A DNA stretch of 64,000 bases from Haliotis rubra (GCF_003918875.1 NW_025764892.1:1984001-2048000), one strand, 5' to 3'; shown: positions 49,001-61,829, counted from the first letter of the stretch. The notes: generated by a model from the sequence alone, not told the origin. Program-made: numbers and translations.

Positions 49001-51281
49001 TTACTGCAATAGATGTGACAATTTGGAGTAGATGCGACGTCATCACAGCGATGTGAACGTGTTAACAACAAAGCTCCACTGAACTCAGTAGGAAGATGAC
49101 TGTCTGAAGTGATATGGGAATAACATTGCTTTGAACAGCACAGTGCATAAGGTCTCTAACTGCCCTACCTGGTTATGATGCCACCCTCGATATAATGCCA
49201 CATTTTCTCCTGGACAAATGGTGGCATTATAACCAGGGTAGACTGTATTTCGGTTATATCACTGGTTAATGAGGCAGGAAACTCCAGTCACAAAGCCCAC
49301 ATATCATTAGATGTTAACCACTTTGGTGAATTCCATGAGAACTTGTATGCCATTGATACACCAGAGATTGTAATCAGGACTTCAGGAACTCGCAACAAAT
49401 GACCAGCAGAGCTTTGAGAACAAGGGACACAACTCTGCAGAGAAAATAGTGCTGCCGCAGACCATTTGGTCATACACGCTCCCTCTTATTGGAGATAACA
49501 AAAATGTTGAATACCTTTCGGTTTATCCTTGAAGACAGCATCATTTTCATGTACTCTTTCTAGTTTGAGATTCAAGAATGATGCCAGATCTTTCAGCCAT
49601 ACATCAGGATTCTCTGGAAAGCTTTCATGTGACTGATTAAATATCAGTTGCAAGTCAGCCTTATCAATCTGCAATGAAAAAGTTTGATCATGAAGACATG
49701 AGATCTTCATATATAAATTTAAGGGCATGTCACTGCCATAAACATTCTTGATGTTAACAGGTAAGTTGAGCGGAGAACTGTCTGAACATTGATTGTTTAC
49801 CTTAGGAGAGATGAAATATCACATACATCATGTCCACCTCATATACATACTTTATTTCATCAGCTTCTATAACTTCAACACACATTCATTTACCTTCACA
49901 AGGCATTGTAGACTTAATATTATTTGCACCCATTCCTATGCTTTGTTTGTGCATAAAGAATGCAATATTTTGTATCCAGTAAAACCTGGTGGATGTTAAA
50001 GTGGAAGCAATTATGCTTGAGTTGTTATTTTAACAAAAAGAAATCAATGGTTCTTAACATATAAATGACAATTAAAGATATTGCTTTGAGAAGTTCCACA
50101 CTAGAATTCTGTACCTTAGCAATTGCCTCATCGAGTGATTTAGGCTTGCTTTCCTTCTTTTCTGTCTCTACTTTCTTCTTCTTTGGCTGTGTGACCTTCT
50201 TGGAGACACCATTGGTCTTTACATTGTTTCCACGATCATCAGCTTTTTTCTCCTTAGCAATGAATGCATCAAACATTGAATGAGACTCTTTCACTGGATC
50301 TGAAAATGGAAAAATAACTAATCTAATCCAGCAAATAAGGTTAGGTGAAATGAAGTTTAATGTTGTGTTCATGGTTATTACACATACAGAAATGTGCATG
50401 TATGTGTGGCTGCTTGTTGTACTTGTCACAACAGTTTATTTTATTGTGTTAGTGTCAAAACGGCCAATGGTTGAAGAAATGTTCTGCATTAACCGGTACC
50501 ATTTTCGTGAAACCAACATGCTGAATATCATAGGACCATAATCATGTTGAATCTGGGATTTGAACTGGCAATCAAACAGTCATAAAAATAATGTTCATAA
50601 TTATCTCTGTCATTCTGGTTGTACGCACATGATATAACCATAATAGTGGTAAAATATATTTAAAAACAATGATCATGCTGATAATTCCTGTTATTCATTA
50701 TGTTCGCTATAATCATTATGCAATGAATGTTTATCACAAATAACACAATTCCAATGATTTGCTTCATTTTCAAAAAACCGAATCAATAATGAATTTCCAA
50801 TATCATATTTAAAAGTAATTTCTAGCTGACCACAAGAAACATGTATTTTCTGAATCTGAGACACATCAATCCTTGAATCATGGCATATTGCACAACACAA
50901 GTTCATTTCAAACACCGATAGGACTGGAATTCAATAAACGATTTAGATCTTTGTAGCGCCTATTTATCACCTGTGTACTATAGTGACAGGAACTGATGCA
51001 CGGTTGGGAAAAATCAAATTAAGTTTAACATATTTTCAACAGCTTTGAAAAACGTGTCTGCCTGTGCAGTTGACAGTCACAGGTGATGACGTTGATCAAA
51101 TAAATGTAGGGTTCAGCATGTGTCAAGCATCAAGTTTGAACTAAGGAAAATTATTACCGTTATCTTCGATCCTTGGCATGTTTTCAACAAACTGCTTAAT
51201 TTGTGTTTTAGTCATAGGCCTAGAAGGTGCCTTGTCCTTCTTAGCCTTGCCAACAACTTCCCATTGACCGGTGGCCGACAT
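40053..51281 (-). CDS. TMEM214: Transmembrane protein 214, 16 coding exons
   Basis: Phase-consistent exons: 51281-51158, 50299-50115, 49668-49515, 48483-48352, 47887-47805 (GC donor), 47670-47565, 47205-47124, 46295-46154, 45540-45439, 45088-44997, 44044-43879, 43762-43645, 43255-43159, 42795-42627, 41259-41108, 40176-40053. Motifs GQWEVVGK, FPENPDVWLKDLASFLN, CLSILWALGQAG, YPKVKTIAFG, FFPSFLSRA and W.QMYTKHLPQS, plus the TM segment FPWFSLIFSIVLVIGGIVGYD. Confidence 0.95.
40561..40909 (+). mobile_element. tRNA-derived SINE family C (~350 bp)
   Basis: ggtgtagtggtta (A box), ggttcgatccc (B box), (CACCT)n tail, TSD accatcatagg/accatcagagg. Confidence 0.9.
41987..42258. mobile_element. hAT-like MITE with 8-bp TSD
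   Basis: ctgattgc|cagtgtgcgaaatag ... ctatttcccactg|ctgactgc, with subterminal actagcc/ggctag motifs. A related remnant lies at ~30433-30605. Confidence 0.75.
43453..43614 (-). mobile_element. tRNA-derived SINE family B, copy
   Basis: Matches the family B consensus. Confidence 0.85.
44250..44963 (+). mobile_element. Non-autonomous Helentron-like element with ~150-bp internal tandem repeats
   Basis: aaacaag start; gtccccc subterminal motif at both ends; ~4 core repeats containing the palindrome gtgaccttgaaaataaggtcaaggtcac; 3' hairpin ending ggggacaa. Confidence 0.8.
45657..45823 (-). mobile_element. tRNA-derived SINE family B, full-length copy
   Basis: TSD tcaaaccagtaga/tcaaaccagaaga. Confidence 0.9.
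46411..46767 (-). mobile_element. tRNA-derived SINE family C, inverted relative to the 40561 copy
   Basis: 13-bp TSD gttgatgccatga; reverse complement of 40561-40909 over its full length. Confidence 0.92.
48709..48864 (-). mobile_element. tRNA-derived SINE family B, full-length copy
   Basis: TSD ttgacaaaaagg; (TCAC)n tail. Confidence 0.9.
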
Positions 51282-51334
51282 CTTGCAATGTGAGACTCTT
51301 GCGTGTGTTGAAGATTTAAAAGTCTATCAAAGTC

Positions 51335-51395
51335 GTATTTCCGCTTCCGTAATGTCACGTGGTAGGTATTACGCCACCAGCGTTGATTGGCAAAG
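51335..51395 (-). promoter_or_regulatory. Putative TMEM214 proximal promoter
   Basis: Within ~60-110 bp upstream of the ATG, the minus strand shows CCAAT, CCACGTGAC (E-box/bZIP-like) and tandem CGGAAG/CGGAAA (ETS-like) motifs. Confidence 0.45.
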
Positions 51396-52204
51396 CAGCG
51401 TAACAAGCGTAAATTTGGATTCAGGCCACGGGGCATGTGGATTGTATCTTTATGGTCGTTGTCAGTAAGGGTCATAATTCAGTTGGCAGTTATATTCGTC
51501 ATTTAAGCCTTTCAGGCCTTTGTAGACGATGTAATTAGAAAATATGTCTGATGTGTAAGCCTATCGACAGGTGGCAAAGTTTGTCGCTCTGACTTATGAT
51601 TAACTAAAAAATGTTAAGTAAGTCGTCCGAACTGTCAAAACATGATAGTTCCAATTTTCATTTACGTTTAAGTGACTTACAACGTCATATTACACGAATG
51701 AAGCATTTATAATCAATTCGAATTGCTTGAATTATGTCAATTTCCTAGTAAAATCGGGAAAGCAATGTGAGCAGCCGACGTTCCACTTCTTGAAGTAACA
51801 AACATCCAAGAGGGTGGGGGGTGTCCAACCATCCCCACCCCCTTTGAAAATGACTAAAGACCACATTGAAGTTAGATCTAATGTTTTTCTTTGGCGGAGC
51901 CGTGGGGTGGGGGAAGGTGTGTGTGTCGAGACCCCCCACCCCTTTTAAACTTCCTGGGTCCGCCTATGTGATATATCTAGTATCGTTATTATCCCCCGCA
52001 GCGATTTGAGACAAGGATATAGGGGTATGTCAGTCCGTCCGTCACGCGTCGTTTCCGGCGCATAATAACCGTAATATTTATTTGGATCATAGGATTCGAA
52101 CGTCAGTACGTTTTCGGAGGGCAGTGCTCACTTGGACTGTAACACGAGGGGTTGGGTCGCACAGGCAAAATTAGTGACATGTTTTACAATGTTCATGCGA
52201 TACT

Positions 52205-52372
52205 TGAGTGAGTGAGTGAGTTTAGTTTTACGCCGCTTTTAGCAATATTCCAGCAATATCACGGCGGGGAACACCAGAAATTGGGTTCACACATGTACCC
52301 ATGTGGGGTATCGAACCCGGGTCTTCGACGTGACGAGCGATCGCTTTAACCACTAGCTTACCTCATCGCCCC
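52205..52372 (-). mobile_element. tRNA-derived SINE family B, copy
   Basis: Matches the family B consensus with a (TCAC)n tail. Confidence 0.88.
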
Positions 52373-52487
52373 TGGTTATTGAGACAGCAATCTTTTGATG
52401 ATTTGATTACGTAATTTACGCAGGAGCACTTTATCAGCACCTGTTTATTGAAATGGAACACACTGCCTCAATGTCGATTGAATTTAG

Positions 52488-53844
52488 CAGGGTATGAAAC
52501 TCAAAAAACATTCAGCCAGACAACAGGGCTGGTTAAATGTAAAACTTGCCAGCCCTGACCAAAACTTCCCTGCCCACAAAAATACTACTTACTTAGTATA
52601 ATTAAATTAAAACTTGTAAAATATTGAAAAACATAATACCAATGCAAGAAAAGAATTAACTGTTTATTTCAGATTTGTGTTTAATGCTTGAATTCATGTT
52701 ATTACTTCATATACATGTCTAAATTTTAACACGACAGTAGGGCAGTACGTGTTGAAACTATGCCGTCCCGGGCGGTCGGGCAGGTAGGTATTTCGGTGTC
52801 CTCCCATTACGCAGACAGCCAGTTCGCAGACACCTTAAAACAACAACATTTACGGTTCAGTGAACAGATTATCTACTACCTGTTACCTACACATTATAAT
52901 GGAATAGTCCAAATAAAAACACAGGAACAAACTGAAGCTATATTATTTATTTTGAAAGATGGACGAAAAGACAGTAATTTGAATTTTTATTGCTGCAATA
53001 TAAAAACAATTTATATTCATAAACATTTCGGTTTAACCTTCTAGTCTAACGGGAGTCAGCATCATCATATTGAAAACACAAGCTTAGCTATTAGAAATTG
53101 CGACACTGTTGTATCATATAAATCAAATAAAGACAAATGTGAACCTAAATATTCATATGGAATAAAGAAGTTATATGTTTTGCACACAATATTATGATAT
53201 ATGACGAGTGCACTTAATTACGATTTATTTAGAATAAATATTCAAAATATGACGCATCATGTGATGTGGCCATGGATGTGAGAATGTTTTTCATTACTTC
53301 CTTCAACGTCCATTGTATGATATTCAAAGACATAAACTGTTACAATCTTTAGAAAGTATTGTTAAAATCAGAACACTGATTAGTATTAATCTGATCTTAC
53401 ATGGCAATGCAGGTGTCTCATTTACTGCAAATCAGAAATGTTTTCAAATATGTACATATCTATATCTCTCCAACAAAACGTTTTCTCAGTTAACTTCTGT
53501 TGCACATATGCTATTATTGGGAGGGGGGCTTTTCTATCAATAAACTCAAACAAACCTCTCAGTGACAAACCTGTTTTTATATTCGATAGTAATTGATAGT
53601 AAAATCAATTTTGAGAAGAGAAATCATTTATCATTTAATCACAACAAAGTTCTATTTACCCACAATCAAACTTGGCAGTAACGAACCTGTTTCAGGCTCA
53701 CCCTGCTCTACTCACTAGACAGTGGACTGTTCCATTATACCCGTAGGTGTTACCCTAATTAACCTTCTAGTTCAGTGTCTGTCAATTGGGTGTCTGTCAA
53801 ATGGGTGTCTGTCAATCGGGAGATAACCGGTATTTCGAACGCTG
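52488..53844. mobile_element. CAG-terminal MITE with 6-bp TSD, host of a nested insertion
   Basis: atttag|cagggtatgaaac ... tttcgaacgctg|atttag; its right end is split by the element at 52795-53828. Confidence 0.65.
52795..53828. mobile_element. Nested non-autonomous element with 8-bp TSD (Merlin- or MULE-like)
   Basis: ggtatttc|ggtgtcctcccatt ... aatcgggagataacc|ggtatttc, with tandem subterminal cagaca / gtgtctgtcaa repeats. Confidence 0.75.
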
Positions 53845-56241
53845 ATTTAGTGTGGTGAGTGACATTATCAGCGAAACCTTCTGAAACATTTGGGTCCATC
53901 AAAGCAGAGACCATATCTATTATATGGTCTCTGATCAAAGTATATGAATGGAATTATCATACAGAAGTTCCAGACACGTTCGATATTGGACAAATGAAGT
54001 ATGAAAAAAGGATCAGTTATGTTGAAATAAGAAATAAGATTATAATGGCCAAAATACACGTTTATGTAAGGTAGCGTTATTCTCACAAATGAGTATCAGG
54101 TTAGCCACAAGTATAATCCCCAATATCACATATAGCATAGCTATTTACTTGCATATAGTATAGATCGCGGTATTAACTACACACAAGACACATAATAATG
54201 ATTTCAGATCAGTCATGGACCAGATACAGAATTTTCCGTTTCCATAAAGTACTCTCTATCTCTCTCTGATTATATAATTTGATTGAATATGACGATTTCT
54301 CCCCACACAAATGGAATGTAGAGGACAGCCCGTCTGCCCTAAGATCGGAATGTTGGAAGTTCATCTGGTGGTCGCTTCCTACCGACATTAGGTGGTTACA
54401 ATTACCAGTCAAAAGTTAAGTGTAATTGTCGAAATTAAGCGGCATAGTATCTTTACATTACGTTTCAGACTAACATATAGTCTATAGTCTATGGTGCCTC
54501 TTCTCCAATAAACAATGCGCATGTGGTAAATAGAGTTGACAGGACTTCAAAGTAAGATATATATCGAAGAAGGTTTGGGAATCGTAGTTATATTGTATGT
54601 TTCTGTACAATACTGTACTTGACCAATAAGGTCGGATGGTCTTGTCTGATGTCGTCTAATATACATGTATACACTATTTCCGTACAACTTTGATTAACTG
54701 ATAAAAAGTTTCTAAATTCTTTGAGTGGCATTTTTAGAAGTTGGAGAGTCAGATAAGGACAGACTTTATGGACAAACAACTTCTTTATTGAGATAATGCG
54801 AAGTTCCGATACAAATTCTTAGAAAGTTTCTAAATAAAAAGTATTCCTTATAATTATTTGCATAGTTTAGCAATATTTCGTTTTTTCCGTACACAGTCCG
54901 AAATTTTATAACACCTATCTGTGTTCAGGTATTGAACAGGATATGTGGTCAAACAGTCTTGTTTCTGACATTCAGGACGTCAGAAAGTACTTTTCTTTGT
55001 GATGTATTCACTGACCTGAAAAGTGTAACTCCCGAGAAATTCCGGCGTTTATGTAGTTTGATAAGTGTTGTGAATGAAAGGACGAAGCAACCATTTAAGC
55101 TGTCAGTGTCAGTGAAGCAGGCAACATTCGCATCACGGTAAGGCTGTTAATTGATTTATCAGGACATGTAGAAACTTATATGTATTACTACCAACGTATT
55201 CTGTTATAGTTTGTAATTTCAGTTAAATACAACGGACTACGCTCGTCCTTCGATTTGTTTTGACGCGGTATTGTAAAAAGTTGGATCGAAATTCAACCGA
55301 AATATGTAGTACCTGCGAGTTAATTCTGACGTGAAGTGGATACTTTTCGTATAGTTATTCAGCCATAAGACTGACAATATGTCTTTAATGATATAAACTG
55401 ATGATTAAATAATGATGTGCCGCCCACTATTTTTAGTACTAGTTGTAGAACTAGTATTCAGGTGGGCGTTGTGATTTTGCATGGGGCAATGAAGTATAAA
55501 CCCTGATTGCACGGTTTACCCCGGTTTGAATGCAGTCATTCCAATGAATTAGCCATCCCCTTTCCCACAATTGACTAATTTTACACACGAAGAGTCTCAG
55601 TTATTAGGTGATGAAACTACCGATCTAGGTCAGGTGGTTCAAGGTATATAATGCACAGCTGTAGTCACAATTTAGTCCATGATAACGCTGGATAAAAACT
55701 TCTACTCCCGCTATAGTTCAAGGTGTGCATTCAAGTTGACGGTAGGTATACATGTAATTTACTTCACATGTACTGCTATACAGCATAATGCTCACATGAA
55801 GAAATCTATCTTGCAGTTGCACTACTTGAACTTATAGTAACACCTTACCTCTAACTGAACTTCGAATCCCGAATCTGACCGACTACACATATACCATGCA
55901 ACTAAAACTGGTTCCCATGACGATAGCTGCCATTTGATAGACCGATATGCGATGTATGTATTCTTTTAGCATGTAGAGAGAGCACACGTAGCACATATTT
56001 GGAAGGCGCGGAAATACAGGGGTTGTGACGAAGGTCTGGTAATATATATTGTGTGCTCTAATCTTATCAGTGACTGTTTTCCAGGGTTGGATGTCCGAGC
56101 GTGGTTGAATCGTTACATTACGTTTAGGGAAGACAAAGGGAATTTAAGGAAAGTGCTAATTATTTGCATAAACAACCATTAGCGTGCCTCAGCAATTTGT
56201 TCTTTATGCTATAATATAACATACGGTCACTCATTAGGTCA

Positions 56242-56405
56242 GTGGGGTGGGTATCATATAAGTTCAAGCGTTCGGTCGTCACGCCGAAGACCCCGGGTTC
56301 GATTCCCCCATGGTTACAATGTGTGAAGCCCATTTCTGGTGTCCCCTGTGTGCTATTTCTGGAATATTACTAAATGCGGTGTAAAACTCAACTCGCTCAC
56401 TCATC
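56242..56405 (+). mobile_element. tRNA-derived SINE family B, copy
   Basis: cacgccgaagaccccgggttcgattcccc...gaagcccatttctggtgtcccc...ggaatatt...gtaaaactcaactc. Confidence 0.85.
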
Positions 56406-56584
56406 CATCTCTGTGTGGTTACCTTATAGTCAGTTTCACACCTGGTAAAGTTGTGAATGACATTCCAAGATTTCAAGGTATCGTTACATACGCCCGAGAA
56501 TTGTATAATATGTATTAACCCTCTGTTGGAACAGATGCAACTATGGGTCTGGATTGATTGGTACAGCGGTGACGCAGTCCACAG

Positions 56585-57574
56585 ATGCAACCTCAGTGTC
56601 TCCTGACACTATGCAGTCACGTGTATGCTAGACATACACGTGCAGCACGGATCTTATGCAACACGTTCCGGAACTCGACACAAGCTGCTTCGAAACATTT
56701 GAAAGAGGACGCTAAGGGAAGCAACATGGACACTACAATAATGGCACACAGTGACCCGTCAACGTATATATTTGAACTAGGCGGACCTCTACTTCTGACC
56801 GCTCCTCACGGGATTGCCTTGTGGAGAGGTGGATGGGTCGGTTTTAAGAAAGAGAAACATCTAGATGAAGTCTTGGTATCGGAAATCGTTCTGAAGCTGG
56901 CAAAGCGTATGTCGACGGTGTTCGGCGTCCCGGCCAGCTTTATGGTCTGGAATGTTCCACGTACAAGACCATACGATGAAAGGAACTTAGATCCAAACTT
57001 CTTACCCAAAGAACTATTTGGTTTATCCCCGTGGCATCAAGCTTTGGAGTCATTTCGGTCTTACGGATGTGACGTCAAACTACCAATCCTCCATGTTGAT
57101 ATTCACGGAAAACGGGACCGAAAAAGCGACTTGGCCTTAGATGTGGGTATGGGCGGTATGAAAGCGTACTGGAAGGATAAGGAAATGGTAACCAAATTAA
57201 GAAAAGGTTTTGAAGAAAGTTTCACAAATATGCTTGGACCCGTAGGAATTGTGAAAAACGGCATGCCCTTTACGGTAGACATGGACCCAGAGATGTCCGG
57301 ATTTAGGCTAGACCGATCTGTGTTCACTCTGTCAACCCAGTCTGCCATGTTGGGCATACCATCAGTGCAATTAGAGATTCCCAAGACCATGAGACAAAAA
57401 CTTAATGAGGACGACGATTTTCTGTTGAAATTTGCTGATTGTATCATGCATGTATTTGAGCAAGGGATTTGTCAAGGGGCACTGCCTTCTCGTGATTGGT
57501 ACAGTAGTCACTGTCGGACACCTGCCACTGATATAGACAGGGTACTGATGGAGCTGAAGCAACATCAACAATAA
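56585..57574 (+). CDS. Zn-dependent amidohydrolase, N-formylglutamate amidohydrolase (FGase)-like, 329 aa, uninterrupted ORF
   Basis: The motif order PLLLTAPHG ... HLDE ... DPN ... WHQAL ... LHVDIHG ... DVG ... SVQLEIP matches the carboxypeptidase-A-like fold of FGase and gamma-PGA hydrolases. The N-terminus is basic and free of acidic residues. Confidence 0.8.
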   Translation: MQPQCLLTLCSHVYARHTRAARILCNTFRNSTQAASKHLKEDAKGSNMDTTIMAHSDPSTYIFELGGPLLLTAPHGIALWRGGWVGFKKEKHLDEVLVSEIVLKLAKRMSTVFGVPASFMVWNVPRTRPYDERNLDPNFLPKELFGLSPWHQALESFRSYGCDVKLPILHVDIHGKRDRKSDLALDVGMGGMKAYWKDKEMVTKLRKGFEESFTNMLGPVGIVKNGMPFTVDMDPEMSGFRLDRSVFTLSTQSAMLGIPSVQLEIPKTMRQKLNEDDDFLLKFADCIMHVFEQGICQGALPSRDWYSSHCRTPATDIDRVLMELKQHQQ

Positions 57575-58527
57575 AAACGTCAACTGCGGGTTTGAATTTT
57601 ATCATTAATATTTCCAATACAGGGTTAAAGCTTTCGGACTACCAGATTTTATTCGGGTCTGATTGAAGTACATTTGTCACTTAAGGGCAGACCATTTCAT
57701 ATTCTGTTAACCGGTTCTGTAAAATGTTTGGCTTATGCGAAAATAAGTAAGCAAATATTTAAGCCAAATGCAGCAATATATGACTAACACGAAAGGCCGG
57801 ACAACTTCGAATGATATATAGTTCAAAATCTATCTATATATATCAATTAGGTTTTATTATATTTATTTTATTTATGCATGCTGAGATTCTGTAACGATGG
57901 GGTTCTTTTAACGTCATAGAGGTGATTTATATGTGTATTTGTTTATTTCTATCAGGCATTCATTTGTTGACATGAGTGTTATTTCATTGCATTCATTTGC
58001 GCCTTGATTAACCTCATCTAGATTTGACACGAAAACTAATTACTGATTTTTATCAACGATCTTTTATACATATCAATACCATTTTGATCAGTTGAATATT
58101 GAATTGTACATTTGCATAATGTGTGAGGATGGAAGTAACCGTTTGTGTTGTTTCGTCTTAGTCCTTATTTCACCGTCTACACGTTAAATTGGCATTAATT
58201 GAACATGTCCGTGGAAGCAGACATTCTCAGGTGATATTTTTGTGTATGTAAATATTTCACTCAAAGAGTTATGTTTCATACGGGGACGGTCGCACTGTGC
58301 ACGGTGTGTGGTTTCGAATTCAGATTCATTCCAAACTTACGATTAGTCTAGCAGTGCCTTTTCAAAGTGAAGTGAAGTATTTTTATATTTATATCAAGAA
58401 AGCTATCCGTTTCCCTAGTGTATTTCGAATAATAAAAGAATTGTGATTGTTGTTAAAATGTTTCTTGGTTCGTTATGTGTATTCTTATAGTTATTTCTTT
58501 ACACGATTATTATATAGCTTAAATATT

Positions 58528-59010
58528 GCTGAAGGGGTCGTTGTCGGCACAGGTACTACAGATACGTACCCCAGGTACGTTTCTGAATACAGATATGTAC
58601 CCTAAACAAAGTCAAAATACAGAAATGTACCCGGTACCCTAAAAGGCGGACGAGTCCATATTCCGCAATCCAAAACCGAAACCGCATGTAGTTGTTCCCG
58701 TTCAACTGATTGCGAGTGGTATTCATATGCATCGCGAAATACCCGTTACTGTGTATTCTCATTACTTACATAACGCAATCAAATGTATCTAATACAACAG
58801 TATGACAGTTCCGATGAAGAATACGACACAATGGGAGTGGAATCGTCCTAGAGTACGTTTCTGTATTCTCATTATGGCCAAGGTACGTTTCTGTATACAG
58901 AAACGTACCTGGGCGTGCGCGGATCCAGGGGGTGGGGGGTAGGGGTGCGCGGACCCCCCCGTGTTCCAAATGTACTACATGTTTTATGCCCAGGGTTCCG
59001 AGGATTGGGG

Positions 59011-59055
<45 letters not shown>

Positions 59056-59127
59056 ACGAAAATCCTGTATCCGCCCCTGCCTGGGGTACATATCTGTAGT
59101 ACCCGTGCCGACAACGACCCCTTCAGC
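58528..59127. mobile_element. MULE-like MITE with 9-bp TSD
   Basis: ttaaatatt|gctgaaggggtcgttgtcggcac ... gtgccgacaacgaccccttcagc|ttaaatatt. Confidence 0.9.
58914..59079. mobile_element. Small gcggatccag-type MITE with (CA)n, nested in the host TIR; 6-bp TSD
   Basis: cctggg|cgtgcgcggatccag ... ctgtatccgcccctg|cctggg; removing it restores the host TIR. Related fragments at ~25057-25095 and ~51800-51967. Confidence 0.8.
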
Positions 59128-59264
59128 TTAAATATTGTTGATTGTTACGTTGAACCAACCATACAACAAACTATAAAAAGGATGTGATAGGCCAGTCTGT
59201 TATGTTTGACTTGGCTGAGGCGTGGAGGGTTGTTCATGTTATTAGCTGGACGGCATGGTCCCGT

Positions 59265-59490
59265 CCCAGTTATTGGTCTTCAGCAACGCATACTTGTCGT
59301 AAGAGGCGACTAACGACATCAGGTGGTCAGGCTCGCAGACTTGGTTGACGCATCTCATCGAATTCCAGTTGCGTAGCTAGATGCTCATGCTGTTGATCAC
59401 TGGATCGTCTGGTCCAGACTCAATTATTTACAGACCGCCGCCATAAAGCTGGAATATTGCTGAGTGCGGCGTAAAACTAAACTCACTCAC
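59265..59490 (+). mobile_element. Short retroposon family A, copy
   Basis: Matches the consensus from ggtcttcagcaac to aaactcactcac. Another partial copy lies at ~62497-62690. Confidence 0.85.
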
Positions 59491-60329
59491 TGTTATTTAC
59501 AGGTCACCTGGATTATTGCTGTACACTGCAGAACACGTTGCCAGATCACGTGCTAAATTATACACGATGATATAATTTATGTACAAAGTACTCATAAACT
59601 ACACAAAATACGGGTCCCAGCACAACCTTCACAAGTTTTCTGTAACCAGATGCCACGCAATGAACTTTAATGAATGCATGTTGATGACATTCCTTAACAC
59701 CTGTGGCAGTATTACGTTCAGGTATCGTGTGATTACTTTGCGAATCGTCCTGCTTGCATAAGTTGTGATTTTGAGTGGAACATTGTGTAATGGTTTTGTA
59801 ACTCACTGCATAGTCTGGAAACATCAAAACGAAGTTAGAGGGGTCTTTTCATTGTTCACAATTCGTGAACATGTGTATTGGTATGTTGCGGTTACACAAC
59901 TGATTATTGCTACCATATACCACCTGTTGACGGCCATCAGCGGTATTTGCTTATCTCAATGCCTCTAATCAGAGGAAAATGCACAAATTCATTTGCTTTA
60001 AGTGACAGTAAAGCCGACAGGTTGTCTGTTGAATAAAGGCATGTGCAAACAAGTTCACCATCTGAAATTACCTGATTCTCCACATAAGTACAATGTCTAA
60101 AGCCTATTTCTTATGTATCCTTTATTGTTTTGTATATTTGCTAACGGCGGTGTAAAGCCATACTGTATCACCCTCAGAATAACGTGTTTTGAACCCTCAC
60201 AGACCCAAGGGAATAAATAATTTACTGAAGTCGACAATGATTTGGCAAGTTAATTAAAGACATTTAGGACTGTTTTAAGGATTGTTTTGGGCACCATTTG
60301 TATTTTTGTTATTCTGTAGATTTGTATTT

Positions 60330-61244
60330 AAGAAATACACTTCGCTCTACCACCATGTATAGTGTAATAAAACACACTTTTGCCCTGAACTATTATAGTT
60401 AAAGCACGAGGACGCTTGCGTCCGAGTGCTTTTAACGTTATAATAGTTCAGGGCGAAAGTGTGTTTTTTTATTACACTATACATGGTGGTAGGGCGAAGT
60501 GTATTTCTTTTCTAAGATGCCAAATTTAATACTTTCTAAAGATAATTACGATTAATTTAGGTAGAAAACAAACGACGGTGTCGGTGACCTAAATTAAGAA
60601 TCCTCGTACAGGGCTAACTGGCGCGTTCTATTGATGTGTCTGCCCCCTACGTTAAGACGAACGTTACCAGAAAAAAACAAATGATAACAGTTTGATGACG
60701 GTTTACGTTCGGATTAAATATCTTCTCTGAATTATTTTAATTACATCTGTCATTAACGTAAACCATATGGGGCAATATGAACGTTGCATTTCTACTACCA
60801 GCGTAAGTTTAGATCCGTACATCCAGAGGAAGTTGAGTAGTCAAGCGACATTCCACAATTGCATTGTGGGAATGTAAACATTACGAACGTTACCGTGTCA
60901 CTGAAAACTTGTGAGTCGAAATGACACATTTTAACCGTCGTAAAACATAAATGTAATGTTTCCACCAGTGATGTTAGCTGCGTGAAGCAACAGCCTACCA
61001 AGAAACTGGATGCAACGGTGTAGTTTACTGTAGGAGGCCGTACGAGGCGATGACAACTGACATGCATCGTGACGTCGCTTACATTGTGACGTAATGTAAA
61101 ATGGTTCGATTACGAGGGGGCACACTAGAATGGCGCATTGACGGGATAACGTCATTCAATTGTTACGTCATCAAAAAAACTATACCTTTATTGTCTGATA
61201 ATGTATTTTTTTTTCGATTGTTCTAACCGCTAGGCATCTTAGAA
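60330..61244. mobile_element. Non-autonomous element with A-A'-B'...B architecture (Crypton/DIRS-like)
   Basis: 180-bp palindrome 60330-60509 with central ggacgcttgcgtcc hairpin, directly followed by ttctaagatgcc (60510-60521), whose complement ggcatcttagaa lies at 61233-61244. Confidence 0.6.
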
Positions 61245-61829
61245 TTTCAAATAAAGTAACTATTCCTGGGACCAAATGTCGGTCTATGAAGTACTATCAT
61301 CGTAGCCCTCAGCTCGCTTTGTGGAACAGGGCCAGTAGTTCGCAGAACTATTTCTATACTGACATCCCAACCATCTGTATGCCATTTGTGTTGAAATATT
61401 AATTAACAACGGTAATGATCCACCTTAATCCCTCACAATCACTTGCTTCTGGCTTGGCCTCGGGGCCATGGTGTCATCTCAACAAAAACGTCATTGTTGT
61501 TTTTCTTTGTCTTGGATTCGGCGTGTAACTGATGACAGAACATTAAAACCCATCAGAAGATCGTGATGTAGTATATGACATAACTATCTTGGATAATGAG
61601 GTTTACAAAAGATAGACTCCATACATGGTTGTATGAAGCACGCAAGCGGGATCACAAATTAGACCCACCACTGCGCTACATCACCCCAGTGTCAGTGAAT
61701 GTTGACGTTGACCATTTAACATTACCATATACTTCCTGAATGTCACCCTGAATCGCTCGACCCTGAAGTGTTTATATTCGCTTACGGGCGATACCTTTAT
61801 AACGAGTGTCTCCCATAGCGCGGTGGTTG

